Shown here: one piece after another, positions 1 through 10,892 of the stretch
Layout: each line of letters opens with the position of its first letter
Numbering within the stretch: position 1 is the first letter of the stretch
Assembly: GCF_001194135.2 (NCBI RefSeq)
Contig: NC_069005.1
Coordinates: 31,627,754-31,691,753, forward strand
DNA from: Octopus bimaculoides
Lineage: Eukaryota
Length of the DNA stretch: 64,000 nucleotides
Reading direction: 5' to 3'
Notes under the pieces: model-generated
The model's input: only the letters and a program-made list of their open reading frames with translations
The model's database searches: none
Told to the model about the DNA's origin: nothing
Program-made: the position numbers and the translations under genes

Positions 1-389
1 GCCTAACATCAGCTTCGATAGAGCAAATCTTTGGAAATTAGCTGTCCATTGTGATGGTAGGATGAACTTTGAAAGAGATTTAGCTGCTAATTCTAGCTGG
101 TCAGACTTCCATTTAGAGGTTTTGACACTGACAGAAAAATTTTCTAAAGAAATACTAATGTCTTGAGTGTTTATCTAGGCCACTCCTACACCCGTGTCTT
201 ATTTCTGACAATCAACAACAGACTACCAATTGACAAACACTTCCAGCTATATAAACATTGTTGTTGAGCCTGTTGTTAAACTAGTTTAGGGGAAAATAAA
301 CTTGCATTGTGTGTTTGTTTTCATGTGTGGAAGTTAACACGAGTTACTCATCTATTTAGTATCAAGTTTATCATATTTTTGTTGTGTGT

Positions 390-600
390 CCTCATCATCA
401 TCATTGTTTAACGTCTGTCTTCCATGCATGGGTAGGATGGTTGACAGGAGCGAGCCAGGTAGAAAACTACCTCAGGCAACCGTGTCTGTTTTGTTAGGGT
501 TTTTGCAGCTGGATGCCCTTCCTAACACTGATCATTTCTGCAGAGAGGACTGAGTGCTTTTTACGTGGCGTCAACACCATTTTATATCTACCTTCCGTGC
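390..600 (-). mobile_element. RTE-tail SINE/LINE 3' end with (GAT)n tail
   Basis: catcatcatc..tttaacgtc..tccatgc..gctggatgcccttcctaac block recurs at about 22440, 32950, 52780 and 63770. Confidence 0.7.
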
Positions 601-774
601 TACCATGGTTTGACAGAATTTGATGCATTGGATGATAGCATTATGTTCTGTGGCCAAACACTTTGAGTGTGCTGGGTTCTCCCCCCCCCCCCCCNNNNNN
701 NNNNNNNNNNNNNNNNNNNNNNNNNNNNNNNNCCCCCCACTGACAGCCAGTCTTAAACACCTCTGTATTGGTTA

Positions 775-856
775 GGGGAGAATTATAATAAACAGGAGAG
801 GGATGAGGACTAAGCCCTGAGGGACCCCTACCTGCATGCAGAATTCATCACTGTCC
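775..856 (-). mobile_element. RTE-clade LINE reverse-transcriptase remnant
   Basis: Minus strand translates DSDEFCMQVGVPQGLVLIPLLFIIIL, matching the non-LTR RT motif GVxQGSVLSPLLF; fragmentary. Confidence 0.7.
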
Positions 857-890
857 TTATTGTTAATTCTCATCTTGTTTTGATTTGCAG

Positions 891-1005
891 GGCATCGATG
901 CCAACCAGCTTTTTACCACTTTCCTATACATACATGAATGCCTTTGTCTTGGCATTTGGAGTTTGGGGAATTGTCAACCAGGAATCTACAGATGCCATTA
1001 GTATG
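891..1005 (+). CDS. AGTRAP: AGTRAP-like, first visible coding exon (phase 2 to 0)
   Basis: tttgcag acceptor, ATG|gtaagt donor. Translates (W)ASMPTSFLPLSYTYMNAFVLAFGVWGIVNQESTDAISM, resembling human AGTRAP SYAWANFTILALGVWAVAQRDSIDAISM (recalled, not searched). Confidence 0.9.
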
Positions 1006-1551
1006 GTAAGTTAAGAGTTAACAGCAGTTTTATGTCTTCATTTTATCTCTTGCACTTAGCTGTTGGTGTTTATGGTAATAGTAGTCTTATATTATAAAAG
1101 AGAAGTGGATTTTCATCTGTCTGTTCGTCACAATATCTGTAAGAGGGAAGGAGAGGAATCAAAATATACATCACAACTTATTTTTAGAAGAAAAGGTGGA
1201 GAAAAAGTTGAGAAATACAGTGAAAGAGAGAGAGAGAGTGTGTGTTCTGATCAGAAATGCAGGAATTTTAAGTGCAAGTCTGTCACCACAACACAACACA
1301 CTTCAGAAAAAGGCTATATGTATCTATATAATATACATTTGGGGGGGGGGGGGTATTTGTGTGTGTATTTCTGTCTTTCAACAAGGTAATACAAGCCTGA
1401 AAAATAAAATGCCTTTCACTTTGAACAATTTATGAAAGTATGTGCATGATTAACAAATATTTTTACCAGAAGTGTAACTACAGGCAACACCCTAGTAATA
1501 ATAATAGTTGACTTGTTTCGTTAATAGATATTTATCTTTGTCTATTTTCAG

Positions 1552-1645
1552 TTTTTAATATTGAAAATATTTACTATAATTCAAGACATTGTTTTCTTGG
1601 GTATCTATCAACCAAGGGCCTATGCAGATAATGGAAAATCTTCAG
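1552..1645 (+). CDS. AGTRAP: AGTRAP-like exon ending in a GC donor (phase 0 to 1)
   Basis: ctattttcag acceptor; FLILKIFTIIQDIVFLGIYQPRAYADNGKSS resembles FLGGLLATIFLDIVHISIFYPR; donor CAG|GCAAGT. Confidence 0.88.
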
Positions 1646-1651
1646 GCAAGT
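1643..1651 (+). promoter_or_regulatory. Non-canonical GC 5' splice site (CAG|GCAAGT)
   Basis: Matches MAG|GYRAGT at every position except +2 C, and gives the phase needed by both downstream alternative exons. Confidence 0.75.
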
Positions 1652-3507
1652 ATAATTAATATCTGCGTATTCTGTGCAAGTTAAGAGTGATGAGTGAATA
1701 TTTTCTGCCTTGTATTGGCTATAGAAAATAGCCTAATATTAGGGCTTATAAACCCCTGAGAGAAACAAAATGAGCATCATTGCACATACCAATGCCCTTT
1801 TTTGTCTTTCTCATCAGGGGTTTATATTTTCTAACAGATTATTTTCTATAGGTCTATATGCAATGAAAACATATTTATAATCAGCACAGAATTTTGTCAG
1901 TGAACAGGTCGCGGTCTCAAAGCGACGAAAATATTTTGACAAATTAAATTTAAATGTTGAAGTGAATCTAACGGATTTTGTGTGTTATTTTAAATGGCTT
2001 ATAAACACCTTCCACGCTGCAATTGTTTTCGTTCCAGCACACGATCTCAGATCAGGTCACTTGCTATGCAAGTGCATCTCCATATTTATAAGGATATCCA
2101 TAGATTTCAGTTTATTTCCATTCACAACTGATATCCTGTTTAAAAAAACGTTTTCAGTACTGATAGACCTGTCTGTTCCCCACTGCCTCTCTCCATCCCC
2201 CATTTATTTTCTATGTTATGCTTTGTACGTGTTCTGCCAGGTTTTTGCTTTATTATTATTATTATTAGTAGTAGTAGTAGTAGTTTTTCTTCTTTCAATT
2301 TTATTTCTATTTCTTGCTGAAGTAGAAACAGTACTGTACTGTATATTCTTTTTATTTTTATAACTTGTATATGTTTATTTTATTATAAATGCAAAACAAC
2401 ACCACGGAGGACTCGACAGAAGCTTAAATAATAAACCATGATAGGTGAACCACAATATGACAAGGGATTACTTACTGTATACCAAATCAAGTTAAATTAA
2501 ATTAAAAAAAAAGAATACATTTACATGGAAGGTTATTGTTGTTTAAGTGACAATGCTTCTTCTCAATACATGTGATGTTCCAGTTAAAACAAATCTTTTG
2601 CACTTCTTACAGGGATGGTAAGCCAGAGAGCATTCTCAAACCGTTTTCAGTTTCTGTTTTGGTCATTCCTTGCTTAATCAAGGTTGATCTAGGATTCAGA
2701 TCAATCACTGATCCAATTGGCCATTCTGTGGTCACTTGAATAGAAAATCTAGTTGGAGGTCAAATAAAGAATTTGAATAGTTGGAAACCTTGCCACAGCA
2801 GTAACTGCAATCGGTCTATGGGGCAAGGTAGATAACTCTGCCCAGAAGAAACCAGCTCCATTTTTGGCGTACAGGTGAAGTGGTGAGCACTAGGAAGAGA
2901 TGATGGTGATGAATATTCTGTTCTTTAAAATGTCTACAAAGTAATTTTCTCTGAGACAAAAGCAACAGCATCATACCTTTCAGTGGTGTATATATGTTAA
3001 GTGTGATCCACAAGTAGCTATTTTAAAATTTAAAATTCAAGAAAAAAAAAAAAACAGATGTTGCTGTTTAACCCTAGGTCATCCCTGGTCAACTAGGCCC
3101 ATGATGAAAGGTGTTCTAACTATGGGCTTTTCTTTCAAACTCATCCTTTTATTTATTTATTTTTTTTAAATGATGGCAACATGATAAAAGGGAGATTTGC
3201 TTGCTATTTCTAGCAATTCATACAACTGTGTAGCAGCTCTCTTGTTGGCTCAAAGAGAAAGTGTTTGTGTCATTAGATCATTCATCATCATTTCCAGGCT
3301 TGCACAAGTTGGACAGAATTTGTTGAGGCAGGTTTTTTTCTACGGCCGGATGCCCTTCCTGTTGCCAACCCTCACCTGTTTCCAAGTCAGGTAATATTTT
3401 CCTATGACCGGAATATCACAGAATATTGCAAATGGAGGCCACTGCTTGCATTCACATAACAGTGACACTTGTTTACAACTTAACATGCAATGCCAAAGCA
3501 AGGAGAC

Positions 3508-3555
<48 letters not shown>

Positions 3556-3738
3556 GTACAGGGCTATACAAAATGAAACTTGCTCGAGGTGTCACACAGT
3601 GGAATTGAACCTGAAACCATGGGGCCCAGAAGCAAACCACACAGCCATTCCTGTGCCTGTTTGATTCAAATGTGTTCTTTAATTACGCTTTCTATCTTAA
3701 CCACCAAACTTCAGCACTTTTTAATCCTTTTTGCATGC

Positions 3739-3772
<34 letters not shown>

Positions 3773-3858
3773 CATAATCTCTGCTTTCTTCTGCTTTTAA
3801 TTCTCAAATGCACGCTGCACCTTGCATGTCTTAAACCCTGCTTTGTCTGTATTTTCAG

Positions 3859-3895
3859 AAATGAGCTGTGTTCATGAATACAGATTCTCTCTTGC
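3859..3895 (+). CDS. AGTRAP: AGTRAP-like mutually exclusive exon A (37 nt, phase 1 to 2)
   Basis: ctttgtctgtattttcag acceptor; (E)MSCVHEYRFSL(A); followed by the U12 donor GTATCCTTTT. Confidence 0.82.
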
Positions 3896-3905
3896 GTATC
3901 CTTTT
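3896..3905 (+). promoter_or_regulatory. U12-type 5' splice site GTATCCTTTT
   Basis: Exact match to the minor-spliceosome donor consensus RTATCCTTT, at the boundary of exon A. Confidence 0.85.
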
Positions 3906-5617
3906 CCCCATTTAGTTTTACCTGAGTTTCTTTTTGTTTGTTTGTTTGTTTGGTTGTTGTTTTCTTGCTTGTTACATTCCTTTCTTTTTTCTTTTTTTTT
4001 TTGCTGCACCATTTTCTTAACTCTTTCAAGTCTTCAAGCATGTGGTTGTGGTGTGAGGTTTGCCTACGAGCCTGGCTGCAGTAGTTTTTAGTTAATTATT
4101 AAGATCTGTTAATTTTGAAGAATTCTAAGGAGTTAAAAACAAATTGGGGGTGTTTTTTTTTTTGTTTTTTGTTTTTTGGTGGAGTGGAGAGTGACTACAA
4201 TACAAAACAATATAATATCAAAACAGTGAAATCTAAGGAAGTTTGTCATTATACTGTGACCATCGCTGTAACCAACAGTTTGCCAGTTATTCACCCTGTA
4301 CTTTGAGAGTACACCTTCACTCACTCTCTCTCTCTCCCCCCACCTGTCTCTGGGGAAACAGACACCTGTTCTTATCCCACTCATAGTTCCACATAGCCTT
4401 GGGTCAACTCATACTTTGTGAATGAAACTTGGAGAATGGAAACTGTACAGAATCCCATCAGATGCACCTGGGTCCTGCAATGTCACACTGATCCTGCCTG
4501 AGAATTACATTGATGTACATGTGTTTGTGTGTGTGTGGAATACTCAGCCACTTACACGTTAATTCAAACAACTAAATCCTCATCACTGAATGACAGGAAA
4601 CCAACTAAATGTGTGTGTGTGGGTGGTGTAGGTGGTGTGTGGGTGGGTGTGGAGGTGGTCTATTTGTGTGAATGTGTATGTATGTATATATATATATATG
4701 TATGCACACACATTTACCCACACAGAAAAAAATGTCTGACCACATGAATCCTGGTTTTACTGTGAGTATATTGTCCTGGAATTTAGCCCACCTCCCACAC
4801 ATGCCCACCTCCCTGCTACCATTTTTATAGAGAATAGTGGGGGTTGTCGAATATGTGACTGACTTGTCCTATTTAGTTCAAGTACTGGAAGGAAGTACTT
4901 GTCATTTATAATGATGGTGATGATAATTTTTTTTTTTGTCTATTTTTGGCTCAAGGTCAGCAGTTTTTAGGCAAAGGGTCAAGTTGATTACATCAACCCC
5001 AGTATTCAACTGGTACTTATTTTATCGACTTCCCCCAAAAGGTGGAGTAGCAAAGTCAACCTCTGTCGCATCTGAACTCAAAAGATGATGTGTCGGAAGA
5101 AATGTCACGAAGCGTTTCGTTCTTCCTGGTGACAATTCTGCGAGTTCATCACCTTAATAATAACGGTTTCAAGTTTTGGAACAGGGCAAGCTATTTCAGA
5201 AGTTCAGGTACTTGACTGGTGCTTTATTTTATTGCCCCCCTACCCTCCTCCCTCTCTCTCTCTCTCTCCTTTGATGGAAAGCTTCTTACAATGTGAAAAA
5301 GTAAAAGGTGTAATAATCTTTATATTTCAAGCACAAAAGCCCACCATCAGAGGTAAATAGTCAAGAAATGTTAGTCTATTTCGTACCTATATGGAACCAA
5401 CTATCAACATGGCTAGCACTGCCTAAACTCTCATTTCTTAGCTGTTTGTCTCTGATGGTGGGCTGTTATGCTTGAAATATATAAAAGTTATGAAACCTTT
5501 TCCTTTTTACAATATAAGAAGCTCTCTGTCTTCACTATTTTGTAATACTAATAATAATAATAATAATAACAGCAACAGCAATAATCATCTCACTAAGATA
5601 TTATTTTTCTATTTCAG

Positions 5618-5648
5618 ATCTCATTGGTACATACCAGTTTGGTCTTGG
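5618..5648 (+). CDS. AGTRAP: AGTRAP-like mutually exclusive exon B (31 nt, phase 1 to 2)
   Basis: ttatttttctatttcag acceptor; (D)LIGTYQFGL(G) resembles human DTGRFGVG; followed by the U12 donor GTATCCTT. Confidence 0.82.
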
Positions 5649-5656
5649 GTATCCTT
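5649..5656 (+). promoter_or_regulatory. U12-type 5' splice site GTATCCTT
   Basis: 8/8 match to RTATCCTT at the boundary of exon B. Confidence 0.83.
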
Positions 5657-6039
5657 ACCATTTGGGACTTTTTTCACAACAGGAAAAATGTTCCTTGCAC
5701 ATCCACCTATCTACTCTTGTACAGGACTTTAAACAGTCACATCGTATATTATTTCCTCCCACATGGATTTGGTCTGCAGTCTGAGTTGTCTCTGTCAACT
5801 TTTGTCTTTCATCCTCAGAGGGAGGATTTCAAGCTCAGTTGTGTTCTATGTTCTTCTAAATCTTCCAATTTGCAGTTTAGTGTGTGTTCTTACTATGAAT
5901 AACTGCAAATATCAGCTTTACCACACTTTTCCTTTCACTCAATGTATTAAGAATGAATATGTACATTACTGTTTTGGTTTTCTGTTCTCCATGCATGGGA
6001 TTATATAATCATAAATATAGAAATCTTGATTGATAGATA

Positions 6040-6330
6040 TCCTAGATAGATAGATGGATAAATATCAATGGTAGGTGGATAGATCAACTGATAGATAGGT
6101 AGATAACAGATTGACAGACCGACAGATTGACAGACAGCTCGACAAATAGATTGACAGATCGACAGATAGACAAATTGACAGACAGGTTGACAGACCGAGA
6201 GTGACAGATCAACAGGTAGGTAGGTAGGAAGACAACTAACCTAATAGACATTGACAGATCAACAGATAGATTGATAAATCGACAGATAGACAGACAGACA
6301 GACAGATATCTGCTAGATTGTTGATCATAT
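6040..6330. repeat. Degenerate (GATA/GACA)n microsatellite
   Basis: Long run of gata/gaca tetramers. Confidence 0.9.
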
Positions 6331-7224
6331 GATCATAAGTCACAGTTTTGTTTCCTCCCTTATGGAAAAGCATCTAGTGCAACTCTAATTTCCCATTGTT
6401 CCTTCTACTCTACACAATAGTGGTTAGCAATGGGAAGGACATAACCACCAGAGCAAAATTTGCTATTCCGACAAAATGTCAAAAAGGAAGAAATTGAAGT
6501 GGAGGCTTGGAGACTTGTGAGTTCATCTCTTAGAACTAGGGAACGTTATTTTTAAAACCTCATTCTCTCTCACTGAAGTGGATTTTAAGTTTTAGCTTCC
6601 GTCACTTCATTGGAACATTAATAGCTTTTATGTCATCATTTCCTCGAACAAATGCACTTGGAAGAAACAGCAGCACTGGTGGTTGTGGTGGTGAGGATGG
6701 TAGTGGTGGTGGCTTTAAGGAGATAGCAATGGTAGCTGTGGTAGAGGTGAGAGGCAGTGGTTGTAATGAGGATGCTAGTGCAACTTGTTTGATGGTGATA
6801 ATGAGAGCTTAATGATGGTGATGGATCATATGACAGTGTTCACATATTGACAGCTGTGGTGGTAATAAAAAAAAAGCGCAACGGGCCACAATCATGGCCG
6901 TCAGGCCACAATTGTGGCCCAGATAGATGCATTTAATTTATGGGCATTTGTTGGGGTCTAATGTCACACAAATGTTCCAATACCCCTCAGAATGCAAGAG
7001 GACTAATAGTTCAACTAATGACTTTCCAGATGGTGTAAAACTTACCACCATTATATACTAAGAAGATATTTTAACTATTTTTTGTTTTTTGTCTGCCATC
7101 GTGCCTAGTATATGAATTCGTCTCACACGTCTTATATTAACATATTATATTGTGTCTATATGATATAAAACACAACTGGAGAAATCAACGAACATTCATA
7201 TCAGCTATTATTAAGGGCAGCAAG

Positions 7225-7380
7225 CTGGCAGAATTGTTAGCATGCCAGGCAAAATACTTAGCAACGGTTCTGAGTTCAAACTCTGCCGAGGTCAACTTTG
7301 CCTTTCATCCTTTCGGGGTGGATGAAATAAGTACCAGTTGAGCTCTGGGGTCAATGTAATTGACTTACCATGCTCCCCAA
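7225..7380 (+). mobile_element. tRNA-derived SINE, family with ctttcatcctttcggggtcgataaaataagtaccag core
   Basis: A/B-box-like head (gagttcaaactc) plus the shared core; other copies at about 4950, 30025, 31850, 32135, 40345, 43350 and 58140-58840. Confidence 0.8.
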
Positions 7381-8237
7381 AGGAGATTCAGTATGACACA
7401 GACTGTGACAAAGCTGGCCCTTTGAAATATACGTACAACTCATTTTTTTGCCAGCTGAGTGGACTGGTGCAATGAGAAATAAAGTGCCTTGCTCAAGGAC
7501 ATAATGCAGCACTGGGAATCGAGGTCACGGCCTTACAGTCATGAACTGACTACCCTAACCACTTAGATATAGACCTTCACAAGAAGTACAGCTTATGAGA
7601 AGACTGAAGGCTGACTGCAATAAAGACAAGGGGACTGGTGTCCATTGAAATTTATCTAAATATACCACAAAAACAGGTATGCTTCCCAGTTTTTTTGTTT
7701 TTGTCTTTGTCTCTCACCACCACTCATATTGTAAGAAACATTTCCTTTCTCTCATCTAATTGACAGGGGATTCTAACTATGAAAATGTTCACAAATATGT
7801 ATATATATCCATGACCAATGAATAATCAAAATGGAGAGGAGAAACCGGTTGAGGTTATTTTAGTTACCATTGTATTATTAATTACTCTTTCTCTTTTTGT
7901 TTTGAGAATTACACTTAGTTGTGTTTTGGTTTTGTTACTCTCTCCCCTCCTTGGCCCAGCCTCGTCTAAGCTTTTCTATTTTTCAGAATTAACACTTTCA
8001 TTAACATTTTCTAAAGTAGTACGTTATGTTTTTTGTTAATTTTTTAAAATAACTGTAAATTTGGAAAGATTTAATTAACAAGCTTTATTTTTAAACTGTT
8101 TGTTTGAATTTTGTTAAATCAGACAAAATTTGTCTGAGAAATTATTATTGTTCTTGGAGAAATCTTCTGAAATGTTGAGATTTTAGCAACCAGGATGAGG
8201 GCATTAATCCAAATATATCAATGTATTATGATATTAG

Positions 8238-8885
8238 CCCTGTTGATACCAATCCAACTGTGACCACCACTGTCTCTTTCAAAGTAATCTAAATTAAAAC
8301 CTTTCACCAAAATTTCATGTTCATTTATGTTTCAAACACCATCTTAATAATGACAAAATTATCTTATTAAATTCTTGATTATTTTCAAAACTTATTGAAA
8401 CAAAAGCAGTGTCTTTCAACAGAAATATGACAAGAGAAGGATTAACCCTTTTGCTACCAACTCACCTGAGACATGTCCTGCTTCTATGATATACAAACTT
8501 CCTGTTTTAATCCTTTAGCATTTAGATTTTTCTGTCAATTGTAAAGCTTGTCTATTCACATTATTTCAAATTAGGCATTATCTCATAGCTTTAAGAATTC
8601 AATAATGTGACTGTTGCATTTTTAAAATGACATTGTAGGGTAGGTGTGAAAGATCGAATCTGGCTAGTTGAACATAAAACATTAAATATCTGGGCTGGAT
8701 ATGGCCAGTTTAAATACTGAAGTGATCTAAATTTTAAATCTGCCATTTAAATTTCATGTTAATTAATATTCCAAATACCAGCTTAATAATGACAGTTATT
8801 TTTAGTAAGTTCGTTGTTATTTTCAAAATTAGTTGAAACCTAGGCAACATATTTCAACAGAAATATAGTAACAGTTGGGTTTAGT
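8238..8885. mobile_element. Nested cluster of TTAA-flanked (piggyBac-like) MITEs
   Basis: TTAA junctions at 8442-8445 and 8507-8510; a cctttagcatt family copy sits inside a cccttttg.tacc family copy. Confidence 0.65.
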
Positions 8886-9189
8886 TGATGTTTGAAATAT
8901 AGCAAACAAAATATTCTGATATAAAAGAAAATTTCGAGTTTCAGTTGAAATACAAACATTTTTAAAAGGAACAGTTTTGTACCCTGGAAACTAGAGGTTG
9001 GATTGTTATCAAGAGTTTAGGCTGGGTGGATTTGTAATTTAGTCTCCAACCTACTCGAGATTGTATTTTTGAGATGTATAGAGATGTATTTTTGGAGCGT
9101 TGTAACAGCAGTTTCTTGCCATCCTCATGCATTATTTCTCTTCCGTTGTCTTCAAATCAATGAATGTAAAAAACACGAACAAGTTTCAA

Positions 9190-9210
9190 TTCCTTGACCT
9201 CAGCTGTTAG
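9190..9210 (+). promoter_or_regulatory. U12-type branch site (TTCCTTGAC) and 3' splice site
   Basis: TTCCTTGAC fits the U12 branch consensus TTCCTTRAC; branch A at 9197 is 13 nt before the end of the AG (9210); no polypyrimidine tract. Confidence 0.85.
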
Positions 9211-9317
9211 CATGAGCATTGTCAACTTAATTCTAAAGCCAGTCTCCTGTTTCTTACTGTATCGTATCTATCAAGATCGAGGAGGAATCTATGAGACATT
9301 CAGCATACCAGGCCTCA
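9211..9317 (+). CDS. AGTRAP: AGTRAP-like exon after the U12 intron (phase 2 to 1)
   Basis: MSIVNLILKPVSCFLLYRIYQDRGGIYETFSIPGL resembles MAILSLLLKPLSCCFVYHMYRERGG; donor A|gtaagt. Confidence 0.92.
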
Positions 9318-9649
9318 GTAAGTAGACTTTGTATGTCTCCTCTTTTTGTTCTTTCAGTTTTGTTTGTTCTTGTGGTTCTTTCTGATAATGGACATTAATA
9401 CAAGAGATAATATCTGTCTCATCACAATGGGAGATGGGATTTGAAAATATATAGAGTTCACATATTTATCTTCTTTTTATCTATTACAAAATTCCTAAAA
9501 ATTTCTAATTCGTAGTAATTCTGTGTTCCACTATTTCATTCTTTTTAGAACTCTTCAGCATATTTCATTAAAATTAAGCTGAATTTAACTGCAATGTAGA
9601 AGAAATTCATACTACAAGCAGTACTGTTCATATAGTGTAGTCTATACTG

Positions 9650-9975
9650 CTAACAATAAAGGCACTTTGTTAGTCACGATAATTAGGGTTCTGGTTAATT
9701 GGATCAACGGAACAGCTGCACATGGATCATCATGCAAGAGGTTGAGCGCTTCACAGACACATGTTCCCTTAATGTAGTTCTCAGAGATATTCGGTGTGGC
9801 ACAGAATATTTGGCCTTTGAATTACGGGTACAACTCGTTTTTGCCAGCTGAGTGGACTGGAGCAATGTGAAATAAAGCGTCTTGCTCAAGGACACAAGGC
9901 ACAGCTGGGAATTGAACTCGTGACCTTATGATTATGATCCAAATACCCTAACCACTTAGCCACATGCCTTCACAC
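9650..9975 (-). mobile_element. tRNA-head SINE, family containing ccagctgagtggactggagcaa
   Basis: Reverse complement of the head seen at 57523; further copies at about 7385-7570, 39165-39420 and 55560-55745. Confidence 0.75.
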
Positions 9976-10134
9976 TACAAATAATAGTGTGCTCCCAAAA
10001 CATGCCAATCAGCCATCACTACCCCCATTTTAAATAGCTTTTGTTTCCATGGTTACTCTATTGTTATTCTTATTTGTTCATGTTTGTTTTATCTTGTGTT
10101 GATTTTATTTATTTTTTTGTATTTTATTTTTTAG

Positions 10135-10244
10135 CATCCCATACAGGTGGAACATATGAAAACATTGATCAACCTGTCCCCACTAACAACCTCGAGGCAG
10201 CGTCCCCTCGTCATATGGCAGACAAGCTCCCTCTGGACCCCTGA
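10135..10244 (+). CDS. AGTRAP: AGTRAP-like last coding exon
   Basis: T-rich acceptor ttag; (T)SHTGGTYENIDQPVPTNNLEAASPRHMADKLPLDP*; YENID resembles the human YQTID motif; phase fits the previous exon. Confidence 0.88.
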
Positions 10245-10547
10245 AGTAACGAGAGGAAGCTGAGTTTACATGCAACAAGTTATTGATGGCAAGGTAATTC
10301 ACAATGTCTTTCTTTTTTTAACACTTTGGTATTCAAACAGGCCAGATCTGGCTTCTCACGTCTATCTTATAATGTCATTCTTAAAATAAACTATTACTTT
10401 GTCAAAGTCTCAAAGCCTCATGATTAATACAAAACAATGTGAATAAATAAGCATTACATTTGACAGAGCAATCTGAATGCTAAAGGGGTTTATATTTTGA
10501 ATTTATTTTAACAAAAAAAAAGCTTTTTAAGGTTTATTCACAAGCAG

Positions 10548-10892
10548 TACTGCTGGACTACTGACCACATGGTCTGCAAGGGCTGGTCTAACTTCATGGT
10601 CAAGTGCTGGACAATTTGACCACATGGACTCCTGGTGTTGGACTACAAACCACACGATCTCCCGGTACTGGACTAACCAACCACACAGTCTCTAGGTGCT
10701 GGACAAATGACCACATGGTCTGCAAATGCTGGTCTGACACCATGGTCAAATGCTGAACAAATGACCACATGGTCTCCTGGTGTTGGACTGCTTAACCACA
10801 TGGTCTCCTGGTGTTGGTCTACCAACCACATGGTCTCCAGACACTGGACTAACCTACCACACGGTCTTTAAGTTCTGGACTGCTGACCACTG
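10548..10892. repeat. Degenerate ~30-bp minisatellite, about 11-12 units
   Basis: Repeating ctggacta.c.aaccacatggtctcctggtg units. Confidence 0.85.

Noticed and set aside
3822-4091. 89-aa ORF as a standalone gene
   Set aside because: Only 3859-3895 is AGTRAP-homologous; the rest is intronic low-complexity sequence.
5649-5902. Extending AGTRAP exon B along ORFs 5472-5732 or 5624-5902
   Set aside because: Homology stops at FGLG, where the U12 donor begins; the true continuation (MSIVNLILKP) is at 9211.
2125-6045. ATATCCT motifs (about 2130 and 6035) as further AT-AC U12 donors or a third alternative exon
   Set aside because: Imperfect consensus, with no preceding acceptor or homologous YxFxL exon in the right phase.
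10548-10892. Regular ~30-bp repeat as a CRISPR array
   Set aside because: Contiguous degenerate units without unique spacers, in a eukaryotic context with no cas genes.
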